A DNA stretch of 64,000 bases from Candidatus Berkelbacteria bacterium (GCA_029865605.1 JAOUGE010000005.1:338-64337), one strand, 5' to 3'; positions 35,071-45,837 are shown, numbered from the stretch's first letter. Program-made: numbers and translations. The notes: a model not told the origin generated them from the letters alone.

Positions 35071-35601
35071 TTATTTAGGAATTTTCTCTAGTACTTCGTA
35101 CAAGATTATTCCTGTTGCGGTAGCGACATTTAGACTGTTTGCACGACCGTGCATTGGGAGCTCAACAGTTAGATCTGCCAGTTTAAGCACGTCATTTGTA
35201 ATTCCCCTCAATTCGTGTCCGACGACAACCGCCACCGGCGCTTCGTATTTAGCTTTTTTAAAATGAATCGAATTATCGGTCTGTTCAAGGCAGACAATCC
35301 GGACCCCCTTTTCTTTTAGTTCTCTCACTGCCTGGATGGCTTTTTTGCGATATTCCCAATCAACCCACTCAACCGCCCCAAGCGAGGTCTTAAATATTTT
35401 TTCTCTTGGCGGCTGGGCGGTGATACCGCAGAGATAAATTTTTTTTGCCCTTACCCCATCGGCCGTGCGAAACATTGCGCCCACATTGTACATTGAGCGG
35501 ATATTGTCTAATACCAAATAGATCTCGTTTCTTGGGGCGGATTTGAGTCGTCTTATTCCTCCCTTGAGCTTGATGTTTTGCTTCGCCGTTCGTTTTTTCA
35601 T
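35071..35601 (-). CDS. SpoU/TrmH family RNA 2'-O-methyltransferase
   Basis: NVGAMFRTADG and SLNVATATGIILYE SPOUT motifs. Confidence 0.8.
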   Translation of the reverse strand: MKKRTAKQNIKLKGGIRRLKSAPRNEIYLVLDNIRSMYNVGAMFRTADGVRAKKIYLCGITAQPPREKIFKTSLGAVEWVDWEYRKKAIQAVRELKEKGVRIVCLEQTDNSIHFKKAKYEAPVAVVVGHELRGITNDVLKLADLTVELPMHGRANSLNVATATGIILYEVLEKIPK

Positions 35602-35681
35602 ATTGGGTTAGAATACCATAAATTCCTATCCTGTTGAACCCCTTGTTGGTTTTTTTTCATAATTACGCTAAACTTATACTA

Positions 35682-36401
35682 ATGAGAAGAAGAGTAACCC
35701 AAATCATTATAGTGGTGCTGGTGTTGTCTGTTGTGGGATTTGGCGCCTATCGTTTTTTACCCCAGATTATTGCTGACGAGGCCTACCCACTCGAGTATAT
35801 TGGCGAAATAAACCAATGCGCTGACGCCTTCGGGCTCGATAAACCGCTTTTGGCCGCTTTAATCTTAAAAGAATCGGGCTATAACCCCAGAGCTCAATCG
35901 CACGCTGGGGCAATGGGTTTGACTCAAGTAATGCCGGCAACTTTTCGGGCCAATGTCGGCAAAATGGGCGAAATTCAAGGTATTATCGAAAATCAGGACC
36001 CCTGGGATCCCAAGACGAATATTTGTGTTGGTGCCGGAATCTTAGCCGGATTGATGGCAAAATACGGTGGCGACTGGACGGCGGCCCTGATTGCTTATAA
36101 TGGTGGTGACGGGGCGGCGAGGAGATATTTGGCAGCCAAGTCAACTGCCGTTTTGGTTACGGAAACCCGCCTTTATGCGCCGAAGATACTGGCCGCCCGA
36201 GATGTTTATGCCACGATGTACGCCGATAGGTTTACCGGCTCATATCCCCCGACTGGCGGTGGAATATTCCTCGGCGGCGGCACGGTCGGAGGGGGGGCAC
36301 CGAGCTTGATTTCTGTTCCGGTTTCAAAGCCATCGGAGAAAGCTAGAGAATTTTGGAAAGGGTTTGCTAAAGATGTCTTCGCCAGATTTTTCTCCACATA
36401 G
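35682..36401 (+). CDS. Lytic transglycosylase (SLT domain)
   Basis: Start set at ATG 35682. TM anchor. ESGYNPRAQSHAGAMGLTQVMP catalytic region. Confidence 0.75.
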   Translation: MRRRVTQIIIVVLVLSVVGFGAYRFLPQIIADEAYPLEYIGEINQCADAFGLDKPLLAALILKESGYNPRAQSHAGAMGLTQVMPATFRANVGKMGEIQGIIENQDPWDPKTNICVGAGILAGLMAKYGGDWTAALIAYNGGDGAARRYLAAKSTAVLVTETRLYAPKILAARDVYATMYADRFTGSYPPTGGGIFLGGGTVGGGAPSLISVPVSKPSEKAREFWKGFAKDVFARFFST

Positions 36402-38238
36402 TCTAAGAGAGAAGTTTTTAAAGTTCTTTGAGCAAAGGGGTCACAGGGTGATCCCGCCTTCGTCTTTAGTGCCGGAAAACGACCCAACTGTCCTATTTAC
36501 CACTGCGGGGATGCACCCTCTTATTCCCTACTTAATGGGCGAAAAGCACCCGGAAGGGAAGCGTCTGGTCAATATTCAACCCTGCTTGCGTACAGACGAC
36601 ATTGATGAGATAGGCGACACCTACCATCACACTTTTTTTGAAATGCCTGGTAATTGGTCGCTTGGTGATTATTGGAAAGAAGATGCAATCAAATGGAGCT
36701 GGGAATTTTTAACTGAAGAACTAAAAATCGATAAAAATAAAATTGCAATTAGCTGTTTTGCTGGAGATGGGAATGCGCCCCGCGATGATGAATCGGCGAA
36801 TGTATGGAAATCTCTGGGCGTTAGCAAAAAAAGAATTAAGTTTTTGGGCAAGAAGGACAACTGGTGGGGACCAGCCGGCCAGACCGGACCCTGCGGACCG
36901 GACACGGAAATGTTCGTTTGGGCTGGAGACGGCGAGCCGCCGGAAGAATTTGCCGGTCCGGAGGATATTCGGTGGGTTGAAGTCTGGAATGATGTTTTTA
37001 TGGAGCATGACAAGCAGGCAGACGGGACTTTTAAAGAACTGAATCAAAAAAATGTCGATACGGGAATGGGGTTTGAAAGGATGCTAGCTGTTCTAAACGG
37101 CGCAGACGATGATTATAAAACTGAATTATTTTGGCCAATAATCCAAAAGATAGAGGAAATTTCAGGCAAAAAATATGGGGAAAGGTCTGATCAAGAATAT
37201 ATTGATACTGGCGATCAATGCTGGGTTAACACGAGAAGGTCATTCAGGATTATTGCTGACCATATCAAAGCAGCGGTTTTTATTCTAACCGAAGGAATTA
37301 CCCCTTCAAATAAACTGCAGGGTTATGTCTTGCGCCGGCTAATAAGACGAGCGGTTGTTAAAGGACAAAACTTAGGGATGAAAGATGATTTTACCTCAAA
37401 GTTAGCTAGCGCAGTTATCGAAATATACAAGGATAGGTTTCCTCGTCTTAAAAAAGCGCAGATGGTAATTGGGGCGGGATTGGAAGAGGAAGAAGTAAAA
37501 TTTAGAAAAACGCTGGATGAGGGGCTGAAACAGTTTGAGAAGAAACTGGGCGGCTTTGGTTCAGCAGCATTTGGGCGGGCTGCATTTGGGGCTGGTGGGG
37601 TAAAGAAGACAATTGATGGGCAGAAGCTATTCGATCTTTACCAAACTTATGGCTTTCCCCTTGAGTTATCGCTAGAATTAGCAAAAGAGAAGGGTACTCC
37701 CTTGTCGGAAAAATATCAGGACGAATTTAATAAGGAATTTGAGAAACATCAAGAAATATCTCGCGCGGGAATAGGTGCTTTCAGGGGCGGACTGGCCGAC
37801 GCAAAAGAGGAAACAACTAAGCTTCATACTGCTGCCCATCTTTTGCACTCAGCGTTACGAAAAGTTCTGGGGGAGCATGTTTTGCAAAAGGGCTCAAATA
37901 TTACAGCCGAGCGATTGCGTTTTGATTTTTCGCACCCCGATAAATCGACCGAAGAACAGATTAAAAAAGTCGAGGATTTGGTCAACGAGCAAATCCAAAA
38001 AAATCTTCCGGTTGAAATGGAAGAAATGTCAGTTGACGAAGCTAAAAAATCCGGTGCGCTCGGCGTTTTCGACGAGCGCTACGGCAACAAGGTCAAAGTA
38101 TACACAATAGGCAACTTTTCAAAAGAAATCTGCGGCGGCCCGCACGCCAAATCAACCGGCGAGTTAGGAACTTTTAAGATTACCAATGAAATGTCCTCTT
38201 CGGCAGGAATTAGAAGAATTAAAGCGGTTTTAGAGTAA
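36373..38238 (+). CDS. alaS: Alanine--tRNA ligase (short form)
   Basis: LREKFLKFFEQRGH, FTTAGM, the editing-domain HTAAHLL and CGGPH. The ATG at 36373 is preferred over the TTG at 36364. Confidence 0.9.
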   Translation: MSSPDFSPHSLREKFLKFFEQRGHRVIPPSSLVPENDPTVLFTTAGMHPLIPYLMGEKHPEGKRLVNIQPCLRTDDIDEIGDTYHHTFFEMPGNWSLGDYWKEDAIKWSWEFLTEELKIDKNKIAISCFAGDGNAPRDDESANVWKSLGVSKKRIKFLGKKDNWWGPAGQTGPCGPDTEMFVWAGDGEPPEEFAGPEDIRWVEVWNDVFMEHDKQADGTFKELNQKNVDTGMGFERMLAVLNGADDDYKTELFWPIIQKIEEISGKKYGERSDQEYIDTGDQCWVNTRRSFRIIADHIKAAVFILTEGITPSNKLQGYVLRRLIRRAVVKGQNLGMKDDFTSKLASAVIEIYKDRFPRLKKAQMVIGAGLEEEEVKFRKTLDEGLKQFEKKLGGFGSAAFGRAAFGAGGVKKTIDGQKLFDLYQTYGFPLELSLELAKEKGTPLSEKYQDEFNKEFEKHQEISRAGIGAFRGGLADAKEETTKLHTAAHLLHSALRKVLGEHVLQKGSNITAERLRFDFSHPDKSTEEQIKKVEDLVNEQIQKNLPVEMEEMSVDEAKKSGALGVFDERYGNKVKVYTIGNFSKEICGGPHAKSTGELGTFKITNEMSSSAGIRRIKAVLE

Positions 38239-38245
38239 AGCGACA

Positions 38246-38268
38246 GGGCGCCAGCGGCGCTGGCGCCC
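38246..38268. terminator. GC hairpin between convergent alaS and the islet-5 ORF
   Basis: GGGCGCCAGC-GGC-GCTGGCGCCC perfect 10-bp stem with no clear T-run. Confidence 0.45.
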
Positions 38269-38293
38269 GTGGGGAGACAACGCAAGAATGGCT

Positions 38294-38503
38294 TCAGGCG
38301 GGGATAGGGCCTCGGTAGCCGGGGAAGATGCATCGAGAAGGCGGCCCGCCAAGAGCCCGAAGGGCCTCGTCATAGCGCTCAAGGTAACGCTCGTCTGCTC
38401 TTCGGAGCATTCTCTCGATCAGTGCTGGGTCATTACGGCGGCGCCTTCGGCGGCTGGTAGGCCCCTTCGTGGTCGTTGCCATTCCCATCACCTCCGAGAA
38501 CAT
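38294..38503 (-). CDS. GC-rich small Arg-rich hypothetical protein (islet 5)
   Basis: 69-aa ORF. GGAGGTGA precedes the internal ATGs, so the true start may be M6 or M8. Contains an RRRRRR tract and then a helical ALIERMLRRADERYLERYDEALRAL. Confidence 0.4.
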   Translation of the reverse strand: MFSEVMGMATTTKGPTSRRRRRRNDPALIERMLRRADERYLERYDEALRALGGPPSRCIFPGYRGPIPA

Positions 38504-38524
38504 TATATCAGATGATGAGAGTGC

Positions 38525-39304
38525 TTAGGCAAAGTATTTTTCAACAAATAAACGGGCTTTTTTGAGGTTTGAGACTACCCTCTCGTCGCTTTGACCGGCA
38601 TCAACCGATTCGGGTACCAGTTCGATCACTATATAGCCCTGATATTTGAGCTCTTTTAGCTTTTTCAAAAATTCTTTAAGCGGCAGTTTGCCCTTGCCTG
38701 GCATGAGGTGGCAATCAGCAATCAGCTTCGGGTTGTCTGGGCGGCGTCTAAAATCGCTGTCGGACAGGTGAACGTGAATTAGTTTGCCGATAATTTTATC
38801 TAGCGCCCCGAGCAAATCACCCTTTGTTGTTCCGAAATGGCTGGTGTCAAAAACGAGACTCGGGAACTGATTAAAAGACCTGACAGTGTGGTTAGGCCTC
38901 CTCGAAGTACTATTTTCAAAGGCAACTCTAAGCGGTTTGGCCATTTTTATAATCGAATTTTTATTTTTTTTAACCCAAGCGAAAAAGCTCTCGTCCAAGT
39001 AATCGTGGGGATGAAAAACAATAATTTCCGCTTTGATTTCTTTGGCAATTTTGATGCTCTCTTCAAGCCTTTTTTTGGGATCGCCTCCCCAGCAGCCGGC
39101 GAATTCCATAGCCGAGTGGACCGACGGGATTTTCAATTTAAATTCTCTCATCAGCTGTTTAATGTAGGCTGGCTGCCTTTTATCCCAGCAATCATCAATT
39201 ACCAACTCAACGCCGGAATAGCCGGCTTTTTTTGCCAGCTCAAAAGTCCGGTTTAAGCCGTAATTGTATAGTGTGCCTGTGCCTAAAAGAATTCGGTTTT
39301 TCAT
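38525..39304 (-). CDS. Xylose-isomerase-like TIM-barrel protein (sugar phosphate isomerase/epimerase family)
   Basis: 259-aa ORF with general family resemblance (…HPHD…, …HVHLSD…, …IELV…). Confidence 0.6.
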   Translation of the reverse strand: MKNRILLGTGTLYNYGLNRTFELAKKAGYSGVELVIDDCWDKRQPAYIKQLMREFKLKIPSVHSAMEFAGCWGGDPKKRLEESIKIAKEIKAEIIVFHPHDYLDESFFAWVKKNKNSIIKMAKPLRVAFENSTSRRPNHTVRSFNQFPSLVFDTSHFGTTKGDLLGALDKIIGKLIHVHLSDSDFRRRPDNPKLIADCHLMPGKGKLPLKEFLKKLKELKYQGYIVIELVPESVDAGQSDERVVSNLKKARLFVEKYFA

Positions 39305-39370
39305 TTCTTAAACATTATAATGTTTTTTCAAAATCTGGAAAGTGGTAGAATAATTAAAGGAGGATGACCT

Positions 39371-40627
39371 TTGAGTATTTTTAATCTTTTCAAAGGTAAA
39401 GTTAACTTTGATGAGTACGCAATAGCTCTTGATATTGGAACCGAGTTTGTCAAAACTCTGATTTTTAAGATTGAGAAAGATAAAGCCAGAGTGATCGGGG
39501 TTGGCCGCCAACGCGAGCGACTCGCCGACATCCAGGGCGGCGTGGTAACTGATATTTATGGCGTAATCCGAAACTGCGAAGTGGCCCTTGAGCAGGCGGC
39601 CACCCAAGCTCGGATTATGCCCGAGCAGGTTGTAATCGGTATTGCTGGTGAGCTGGTTAAGGGGATAACTTGTGAAGTTAAGTATATCCGACCGGATCAA
39701 AACGCCAAAATTACTCATAACGAACTTGAAGAGATCGTTGAAAAAATTCAAAAACAGACTTACGAAAGGGCGCGCCGGGTTTTGGCTTTTGAGACCGGTC
39801 ACAAAGAGATAAATGTAAAGCTTGTCAACGCCGCCGTAGTTGATGTTAAAATCGACGGTTATCACGTTACCAACCCACTCGGTTTTCAGGGTAAAGAACT
39901 CGAGGTAAGCATCTTCAATGCTTTCGCGCCCAATGTCCACCTTGGAGCTCTTCAGACAATCGCTGAAAGCTTGGACCTTGATCTTTTATCAATCGCTGCC
40001 GAGCCCTTTGCCGTAGCCCGCTGTCAGGGCTCGGATCAAGGCACCGACTTTTCGGCCATTTTCATTGACATTGGCGGCGGTACGACCGATATTGCCATCG
40101 TCAGCCAAGGCGGGCTGGTCGGCACAAGAATGTTCGCCTTGGGCGGCCGGGCTTTTACTAAAAGAATCGCTGCTGTGTTGGGCGAGTCCTTTCTCGAAGC
40201 CGAAGCCGATAAGCTTTCTTATTCGGCGGGTAAAGTTTCAGATGAGAAGAAAGGCAAGATTGCTAAAGCAATTCAGGACGACACTGAAGTCTGGCTTTCC
40301 GGCGTTCAGTTAACGCTTGAAGAATTTTCGGAAAAGGGCATTCTCCCCTCTAGAATCATGCTTTGCGGCGGAGGCAGCAATTTGCCGGACGTCGGTAAAA
40401 TTATGGCTGATGCCAAATGGGGCAGAAATGTCGCTTTTGCCAAGCGCCCGACGATTGGCTATTTGAAGCCAAAGAATGTAACATCAGTAATTGATGATAC
40501 CGGAGAGCTCAAAGGAGTTGAGGATGTGACGCCGATGGCCTTGGCCAATTTGGCAATTGATATGGTCGGTGAAGAAAAGCTGGTTGACGGGATTTTATCA
40601 AGAGTAATTGGAGGCTTGAGGAGTTAA
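39371..40627 (+). CDS. ftsA: Cell division protein FtsA (actin-like ATPase)
   Basis: IALDIGTEFVKTLIF and IFIDIGGGTTDIAIV phosphate-binding motifs. Confidence 0.8.
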   Translation: MSIFNLFKGKVNFDEYAIALDIGTEFVKTLIFKIEKDKARVIGVGRQRERLADIQGGVVTDIYGVIRNCEVALEQAATQARIMPEQVVIGIAGELVKGITCEVKYIRPDQNAKITHNELEEIVEKIQKQTYERARRVLAFETGHKEINVKLVNAAVVDVKIDGYHVTNPLGFQGKELEVSIFNAFAPNVHLGALQTIAESLDLDLLSIAAEPFAVARCQGSDQGTDFSAIFIDIGGGTTDIAIVSQGGLVGTRMFALGGRAFTKRIAAVLGESFLEAEADKLSYSAGKVSDEKKGKIAKAIQDDTEVWLSGVQLTLEEFSEKGILPSRIMLCGGGSNLPDVGKIMADAKWGRNVAFAKRPTIGYLKPKNVTSVIDDTGELKGVEDVTPMALANLAIDMVGEEKLVDGILSRVIGGLRS

Positions 40628-42394
40628 ATGGATGAGGTTTTATATTTAGAGGCAGATGAGGAGATAACCTCGGTAGTCGACAAGCTTAAGGGGCTTGAGG
40701 CCCAGTCAATCGGGCTGGTCGCGCCGAAAGGTTCGGCTATCGTTCAGTCTTTAGTCAGTCTTCGATTGCTGCGCAAAGAAGCCGAAAAATTAAGGAAAGA
40801 TATCTCGATTATTACTTCCGATGAGGTGGGCAGAAATCTGGCTTCTCAGGCTGGTCTGCCGATTTTTGCCGACATTAAATCCCGCGTTCCACTTTCCGTC
40901 AACGAAATTAAAGAACCTCTCAATGAGCCGATTGAAATTGATATGACTGGCCGGGCAAAACCTTCGGCTGAAAAACTCAATCAGCTTAAAAAAGCGGAGG
41001 GGCCTCAAGCTGAAGAGGCCCTTAGCGAGAACGTCGGAGATTTTAAGGTCCACCGTTATGACGAGGGTGAGTTGGGAGAACAAGCGGAGGAAAAGGCGGA
41101 AGAGCTGGCGCCAAAAGTAAAGAAGGAAGAAAAGGAAGAAGGATTTGTTTCGAGAGAAATTGACGATGCCCCTAAGGAGATGCGCTCGGTTCATGAGATC
41201 GAGGCGGAACGGCCAATTCGCGAGCCCCAGCCGTCAAAACCGGTGCCTAGGAAGCTAAAGTACAAACGTCTTTTGATTATTGGCTCTCTAGCCTTCCTCT
41301 TTCTACTAATAGTGGTTATGGCCGATCTTGTTTTTGCGAGAGTAACTGTAAAGCTTGGTATGCCGGCTGAGGAAGTTCAAAAAGATGTTGAAGTTACGGT
41401 GGAAAAAGACAGACAGGTGATTGACTTTGAGAAAAATATTATCGGTGGCGTGCAGTCGGTCAAGGAAAAATCGGTTGAGAAGGTTTTTAAATCTACTGGA
41501 GAAAAGGATGCCGGCGAGGCGGCGAAAGGGACATTAAATTTTAGAAATGAAGCCGGAGTGGATGAAGCAATCGCTGCCGGCACGACCGTAACTAGCACTA
41601 CCAATATTGGGTTTACGCTTGATTCCGCCATAACCGTGCCCAAGGCGGTTTTAGACAGCAACGGCGACAAAGTTCTTGGCCAGACGACGGGTGCGGTAAC
41701 GGCTAAAAATCCCGGCTCCGGTGGCAATATGCCTTCTTCTATGGCTTATATTGCCTCGGGCAAGCCCAAGATTTCCGCTTCCGGCGCAACTAGCGGCGGC
41801 GTGACCAGGAAGCTTAAAGTTGTTTCAAAATCGGATATTGACAAGGCAAAATCAGAGCTTAAAAGCCAGGGCGAGGTTGAATTGACCGCCCTGCTTGCAG
41901 AAAATAAAGCAGAGACTTATGTTGAAGGATCGGGCTTAGTTGAAATTGATAAATTTGAGTCAAGCAAGAATGCTGGCGATGAAGCGGAAGAATTTTCTGC
42001 TAAGGCAACAGTTAGGATGACGGTAATTACTTTTAAAGCCGATGATTTGCGCCAAGTCGTGGTCAAATCAGTTGAAAAAACGCTTGAGGGGCAGGATAAA
42101 AGTCTTCTCTCAAGCGACACCGATACTCTTGCCACAACCCTGAAAGAGGGCGGAATCAATGTTGGCAAAATGGTTTTGAATGTTAATCTCAAAAGCCATG
42201 TTGGCAGGCGCACCGACCTTGCTGCTTTAAGTCGCTCGTTGCGGTTTAAGAGAATAAAAACAGTTAGGCAAAAGGTCTCCGAAGTTGAAGGGGCAACGCT
42301 TGAGTCGGTTGATCTTGTGCCTTCATTCGCCCTGCCAGTATCACCGGTTGTCTCGCGCAATATAAAGATAAATATTGAATACAGCCAAGAATGA
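40628..42394 (+). CDS. Hypothetical membrane protein downstream of ftsA
   Basis: 588-aa ORF abutting ftsA, with an acidic/K-rich linker and one TM segment (LLIIGSLAFLFLLIVVMADLVF). Confidence 0.5.
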   Translation: MDEVLYLEADEEITSVVDKLKGLEAQSIGLVAPKGSAIVQSLVSLRLLRKEAEKLRKDISIITSDEVGRNLASQAGLPIFADIKSRVPLSVNEIKEPLNEPIEIDMTGRAKPSAEKLNQLKKAEGPQAEEALSENVGDFKVHRYDEGELGEQAEEKAEELAPKVKKEEKEEGFVSREIDDAPKEMRSVHEIEAERPIREPQPSKPVPRKLKYKRLLIIGSLAFLFLLIVVMADLVFARVTVKLGMPAEEVQKDVEVTVEKDRQVIDFEKNIIGGVQSVKEKSVEKVFKSTGEKDAGEAAKGTLNFRNEAGVDEAIAAGTTVTSTTNIGFTLDSAITVPKAVLDSNGDKVLGQTTGAVTAKNPGSGGNMPSSMAYIASGKPKISASGATSGGVTRKLKVVSKSDIDKAKSELKSQGEVELTALLAENKAETYVEGSGLVEIDKFESSKNAGDEAEEFSAKATVRMTVITFKADDLRQVVVKSVEKTLEGQDKSLLSSDTDTLATTLKEGGINVGKMVLNVNLKSHVGRRTDLAALSRSLRFKRIKTVRQKVSEVEGATLESVDLVPSFALPVSPVVSRNIKINIEYSQE

Positions 42395-42816
42395 TATTAG
42401 AGGGAAGAACAGTCCTTGCTCTTGATGTTGGAGAAAAAAGAATCGGAGTTGCGCTCTCGCACGGGGTAGTTGCCGAGGGGTTTGGCGTTTTGGATTTTAG
42501 AAAAGACAAACCCGAAGAAACGATCGCCAAAATCAAAAATATAATCTCCGAGCAGAAGGTTGATAAGATTGTCATCGGCTTGCCTCTCGGGCGCGATGGC
42601 AAAGAGACTGCCCAGAGCCAAAAAATTAGAGCTTTCACCGCTAACCTTGAAGGGGCACTGGGGCTCGAGTGTGATTTTGTTGAGGAGTCTTATTCCACCG
42701 TCGAAGTTGAAAGGGAGCAGGAGAACCTTAAAGAAAAAGGCAAGCTTAAGTCGCTCGATGTAGATGCCGAAGCGGCAAGAGTTATTTTGGAGCAATATTT
42801 ACAAGAGAATGAATGA
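42391..42816 (+). CDS. ruvX: Putative pre-16S rRNA nuclease / Holliday junction resolvase-like YqgF (RuvX)
   Basis: VLALDVGEKRIGVALS...KIVIGLPL pattern. Confidence 0.8.
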   Translation: MILEGRTVLALDVGEKRIGVALSHGVVAEGFGVLDFRKDKPEETIAKIKNIISEQKVDKIVIGLPLGRDGKETAQSQKIRAFTANLEGALGLECDFVEESYSTVEVEREQENLKEKGKLKSLDVDAEAARVILEQYLQENE

Positions 42817-43894
42817 GTTTGATATTGAAAGATACGATAAAAAGCAAGAGAGCCATAAGAGCGCTCGGGAATTGGAGATTAAGACAGGTAAAGATGGCCA
42901 CCCCAGAAAACGCAGCCGAATCAATCTTGTCATTGGTCTTTTGATCGGCCTTTTAGTGGTAGGGTTTTTAATTGTTTTTTCGGTTGTGGACTTTGCTAGA
43001 AGGCCTGTTCTTGCTGATACTTCGGTTGATTTTCAGTATTTTGAAGTTGAAAAAGGCCGTTCGATCCGCTCTGTTGGCGCCGATCTCGGAGAGTCGGGTT
43101 TGATAAGGTCTAGTTTTGCCTTTTATTGGGTGGCTAAATTGGAGGGGGTTTCAATTCAGGCCGGTCACTATAAGCTTTCCCCCTCAATGTCAACCGACGA
43201 GATATTGCAGAAAATGGCTAGCGGGGAGATTGACGCTTTCCGTATCACAATCCCAGAGGGTTATCGAGCACTTCAGATCGCTAAGCTCCTGGAGGAAAAA
43301 AGCGACATAAATCAGCTTAAATTCGTTGATGCCGCCTCCGGAACTGAAGGAACTCTCTTTCCTGATACTTATGTAATTCCGACAAACACCGAGGTGACGA
43401 AAATCGTCCGGCAGATGAAGGAAAATTTTGAGAAGCGAACTGAAAAGCTAAGGCCTTCTTATGAGCAGCTGATTTTGGCTTCGATTATTGAGAGAGAAGC
43501 TAAAGATGATGATGAGAGGACAAAAATTGCCGCAGTTTATAAAAATAGAGCCGACAATAATATGCTTCTCCAGGCCGATCCGACTGTGAGATATGCGCTC
43601 GACAGCCAAGCGTATCTGAAGAGCCACCAGCTAAACTTTGATTTTTGGCAGCCGATTACCAAACCCGATTATCAAAACCTGAGTTCTTCTTTTAATACTT
43701 ATAAGCAAAAAGGATATCCGCCGGCTCCGATTTGCAATCCCGGCCTGAAGAGTATCGAAGCGGCAGTCAATCCGGCTAAAGATTTTGGAGATTATTTTTA
43801 CTTTTTCCACGACAAAGACGGCAATATTCATTTTTCCAAAACTCTCGACGAGCACCAAAAAGCTATTCAGGAATTTGGGGTCTCGGGGCGATAA
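42809..43894 (+). CDS. mltG: Endolytic murein transglycosylase MltG (YceG-like)
   Basis: Start set at ATG 42809. TM anchor. IASIIEREA and GYPPAPICNPG motifs. Confidence 0.8.
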   Translation: MNEFDIERYDKKQESHKSARELEIKTGKDGHPRKRSRINLVIGLLIGLLVVGFLIVFSVVDFARRPVLADTSVDFQYFEVEKGRSIRSVGADLGESGLIRSSFAFYWVAKLEGVSIQAGHYKLSPSMSTDEILQKMASGEIDAFRITIPEGYRALQIAKLLEEKSDINQLKFVDAASGTEGTLFPDTYVIPTNTEVTKIVRQMKENFEKRTEKLRPSYEQLILASIIEREAKDDDERTKIAAVYKNRADNNMLLQADPTVRYALDSQAYLKSHQLNFDFWQPITKPDYQNLSSSFNTYKQKGYPPAPICNPGLKSIEAAVNPAKDFGDYFYFFHDKDGNIHFSKTLDEHQKAIQEFGVSGR

Positions 43895-44013
43895 GTGGTG
43901 GGAATTTACAATAACTTTACCCTTTACCCTTTTAACTTTTAACTGCATGCAGAGTGATTTGACAAATGAGCTCTAGTCGTTAGAATTCAATTTGCTAACC
44001 ATATTTTTAAATT

Positions 44014-45057
44014 ATGTTTGGAAGAGTTTTTAGTATTTTATCTTCTGATATTGGCATTGACCTTGGGACTGCCAATACTTTGGTTTACGTTCGCGGTCGA
44101 GGTGTTGTTTCAAACGAGCCCTCTGTTGTTGCCATTAATCAAAAGACAAAGCAGGTTCTAGCAATCGGCGACGAGGCGAAAAAAATGGTCGGCCGAACTC
44201 CCGCTCATATCGTTGCTGTTAGGCCTCTCTCCGATGGGGTAATCTCGGATTTTGAGGTTACCGAACAGATGCTCAAGTATTTTATCCAAAAGACCAATAG
44301 CGGCCGCTGGAGCCTCTCGCCGCGGCCGCGGGTAATAATCGGCGTCCCTTATGGCGTAACGGAGGTTGAAAGAAGAGCGGTCGAGGAAGCGGTCAAAAAC
44401 GCCGGTGCCCGGGAAGTTTATCTTATAGAGGAACCAATCGCCGCGGCAATTGGGGCAAGAATTCCTATTCAGGAAGCAAGCGGAAATATGATTGTCGATA
44501 TCGGCGGCGGCACTTGCGAGGTGGCGATGATTTCTTTGGGTGGGGTAGTGGCCTCGAGATCTTTGAGAATTGCCGGAGATGAAATGAACGACGATATCGT
44601 TAATTTCGCTCGCGATAAATTTAATATGGACCTGGGCCTTAAAACTGCCGAGGAAATAAAAATTGCTATCGGTTCGGCAACCGAACTTCAGGAGGTTTTG
44701 ACTTATCCGATGCGCGGCAGGGATTTGGTCAGCGGTCTGCCTAAAGAAATCGTGATTGATGATGCGGTGGTTAGGGCGGCCATTGCCAGGTCGGTCAAGT
44801 CAATCGTTGATGCGGTTAAGACAACTATCGAAGAGGCTCCTCCCGAGCTGGTAGCTGATATTTTGGAGAGAGGCATATTTTTAGCCGGCGGCGGCGCCCT
44901 TCTTCGTGGTTTAGACTTGGCCATTAATCACGCTACCCAGACTAAGGTTATCATCGCGGACGATCCTCTGACCTGTGTTGTTAGAGGCACCGGAGTCGTC
45001 ATCGAAGACATAGATAATCTCCGGGAAGTTCTTTTATCTTCAGCTTTGTCGGGATAG
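44014..45057 (+). CDS. mreB: Rod shape-determining protein MreB
   Basis: DIGIDLGTANTLVY and MIVDIGGGTCEVA motifs. Confidence 0.95.
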   Translation: MFGRVFSILSSDIGIDLGTANTLVYVRGRGVVSNEPSVVAINQKTKQVLAIGDEAKKMVGRTPAHIVAVRPLSDGVISDFEVTEQMLKYFIQKTNSGRWSLSPRPRVIIGVPYGVTEVERRAVEEAVKNAGAREVYLIEEPIAAAIGARIPIQEASGNMIVDIGGGTCEVAMISLGGVVASRSLRIAGDEMNDDIVNFARDKFNMDLGLKTAEEIKIAIGSATELQEVLTYPMRGRDLVSGLPKEIVIDDAVVRAAIARSVKSIVDAVKTTIEEAPPELVADILERGIFLAGGGALLRGLDLAINHATQTKVIIADDPLTCVVRGTGVVIEDIDNLREVLLSSALSG

Positions 45058-45066
45058 CACCAGACT

Positions 45067-45837
45067 ATGAAGTATAAATTCTTTCTTTATTTCGCTCTAG
45101 CGGCAACTTTACTGGTAATCTTATATTTTCTTTGGCCGCTTCCTTTTTGGTATCTTTCCTCCCGTATCGTTCTGCCGGCGGTTGAAAAGACGACTGATGC
45201 CGCGCAGGCCATTGCTTCTCCTGTTTCCATTTTGTTTCGCATCGATGATTTAGCTAAAGAAAATAAAAGGCTTGAGGAGGAGAACGCGGTTCTCAAGTCG
45301 GGATTGATCAAAGCAACGGAGCAAACGAGTATCTGCACTCTTTACAGCAAAGAGTTTGCCAGCGCGAATCAGAGCGAGGTAGCGGCTATTGCCCGGGTTA
45401 CTGGCAGAACTCCGAGGGGGCAAAGCCAAACCTTGGTGGTCGACAAAGGGGGTCAAGACGGGGTGAGGGAGGGGGCGGCGGTAATGACCTCGGGTTATCT
45501 TGTCGGTCGGGTCAAGAGGGTTGATTCAAGCTCGAGCGAGGTGCTTTTGATTTCAAGTTATTTAAGTATGGTTCCGGCGATCACCGGCACCGGCCGGCAA
45601 ACCGGCTTGGTCAGGGGTGGCCTTGAGGGGCTGTTTCTTATTGAGTTACCGATAAATGCCAAAATTGGCGAAAGCGAAGCGGTTCTAACCAGCGGCTTGG
45701 GCGGTGATTTTCCGCCCGGGCTATCTATCGGCGCTCTGGCTCAATCTCCCGGGATAAAGAAGGGTCCCTTTCGGTCTTTGAAGATTATCTCCCCCATTAA
45801 TTTTTCCTCAATCGAGTTTATAAGTATTTTAAAATGA
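45067..45837 (+). CDS. mreC: Rod shape-determining protein MreC
   Basis: Position after mreB, TM segment plus coiled coil (ENKRLEEENAVLK), and a beta-barrel region. Confidence 0.75.
   Translation: MKYKFFLYFALAATLLVILYFLWPLPFWYLSSRIVLPAVEKTTDAAQAIASPVSILFRIDDLAKENKRLEEENAVLKSGLIKATEQTSICTLYSKEFASANQSEVAAIARVTGRTPRGQSQTLVVDKGGQDGVREGAAVMTSGYLVGRVKRVDSSSSEVLLISSYLSMVPAITGTGRQTGLVRGGLEGLFLIELPINAKIGESEAVLTSGLGGDFPPGLSIGALAQSPGIKKGPFRSLKIISPINFSSIEFISILK

Noticed and set aside
39308-39940. 210-aa minus-strand ORF
   Set aside because: It lies entirely antisense to the well-supported ftsA gene and has low-complexity composition. It is a shadow ORF.
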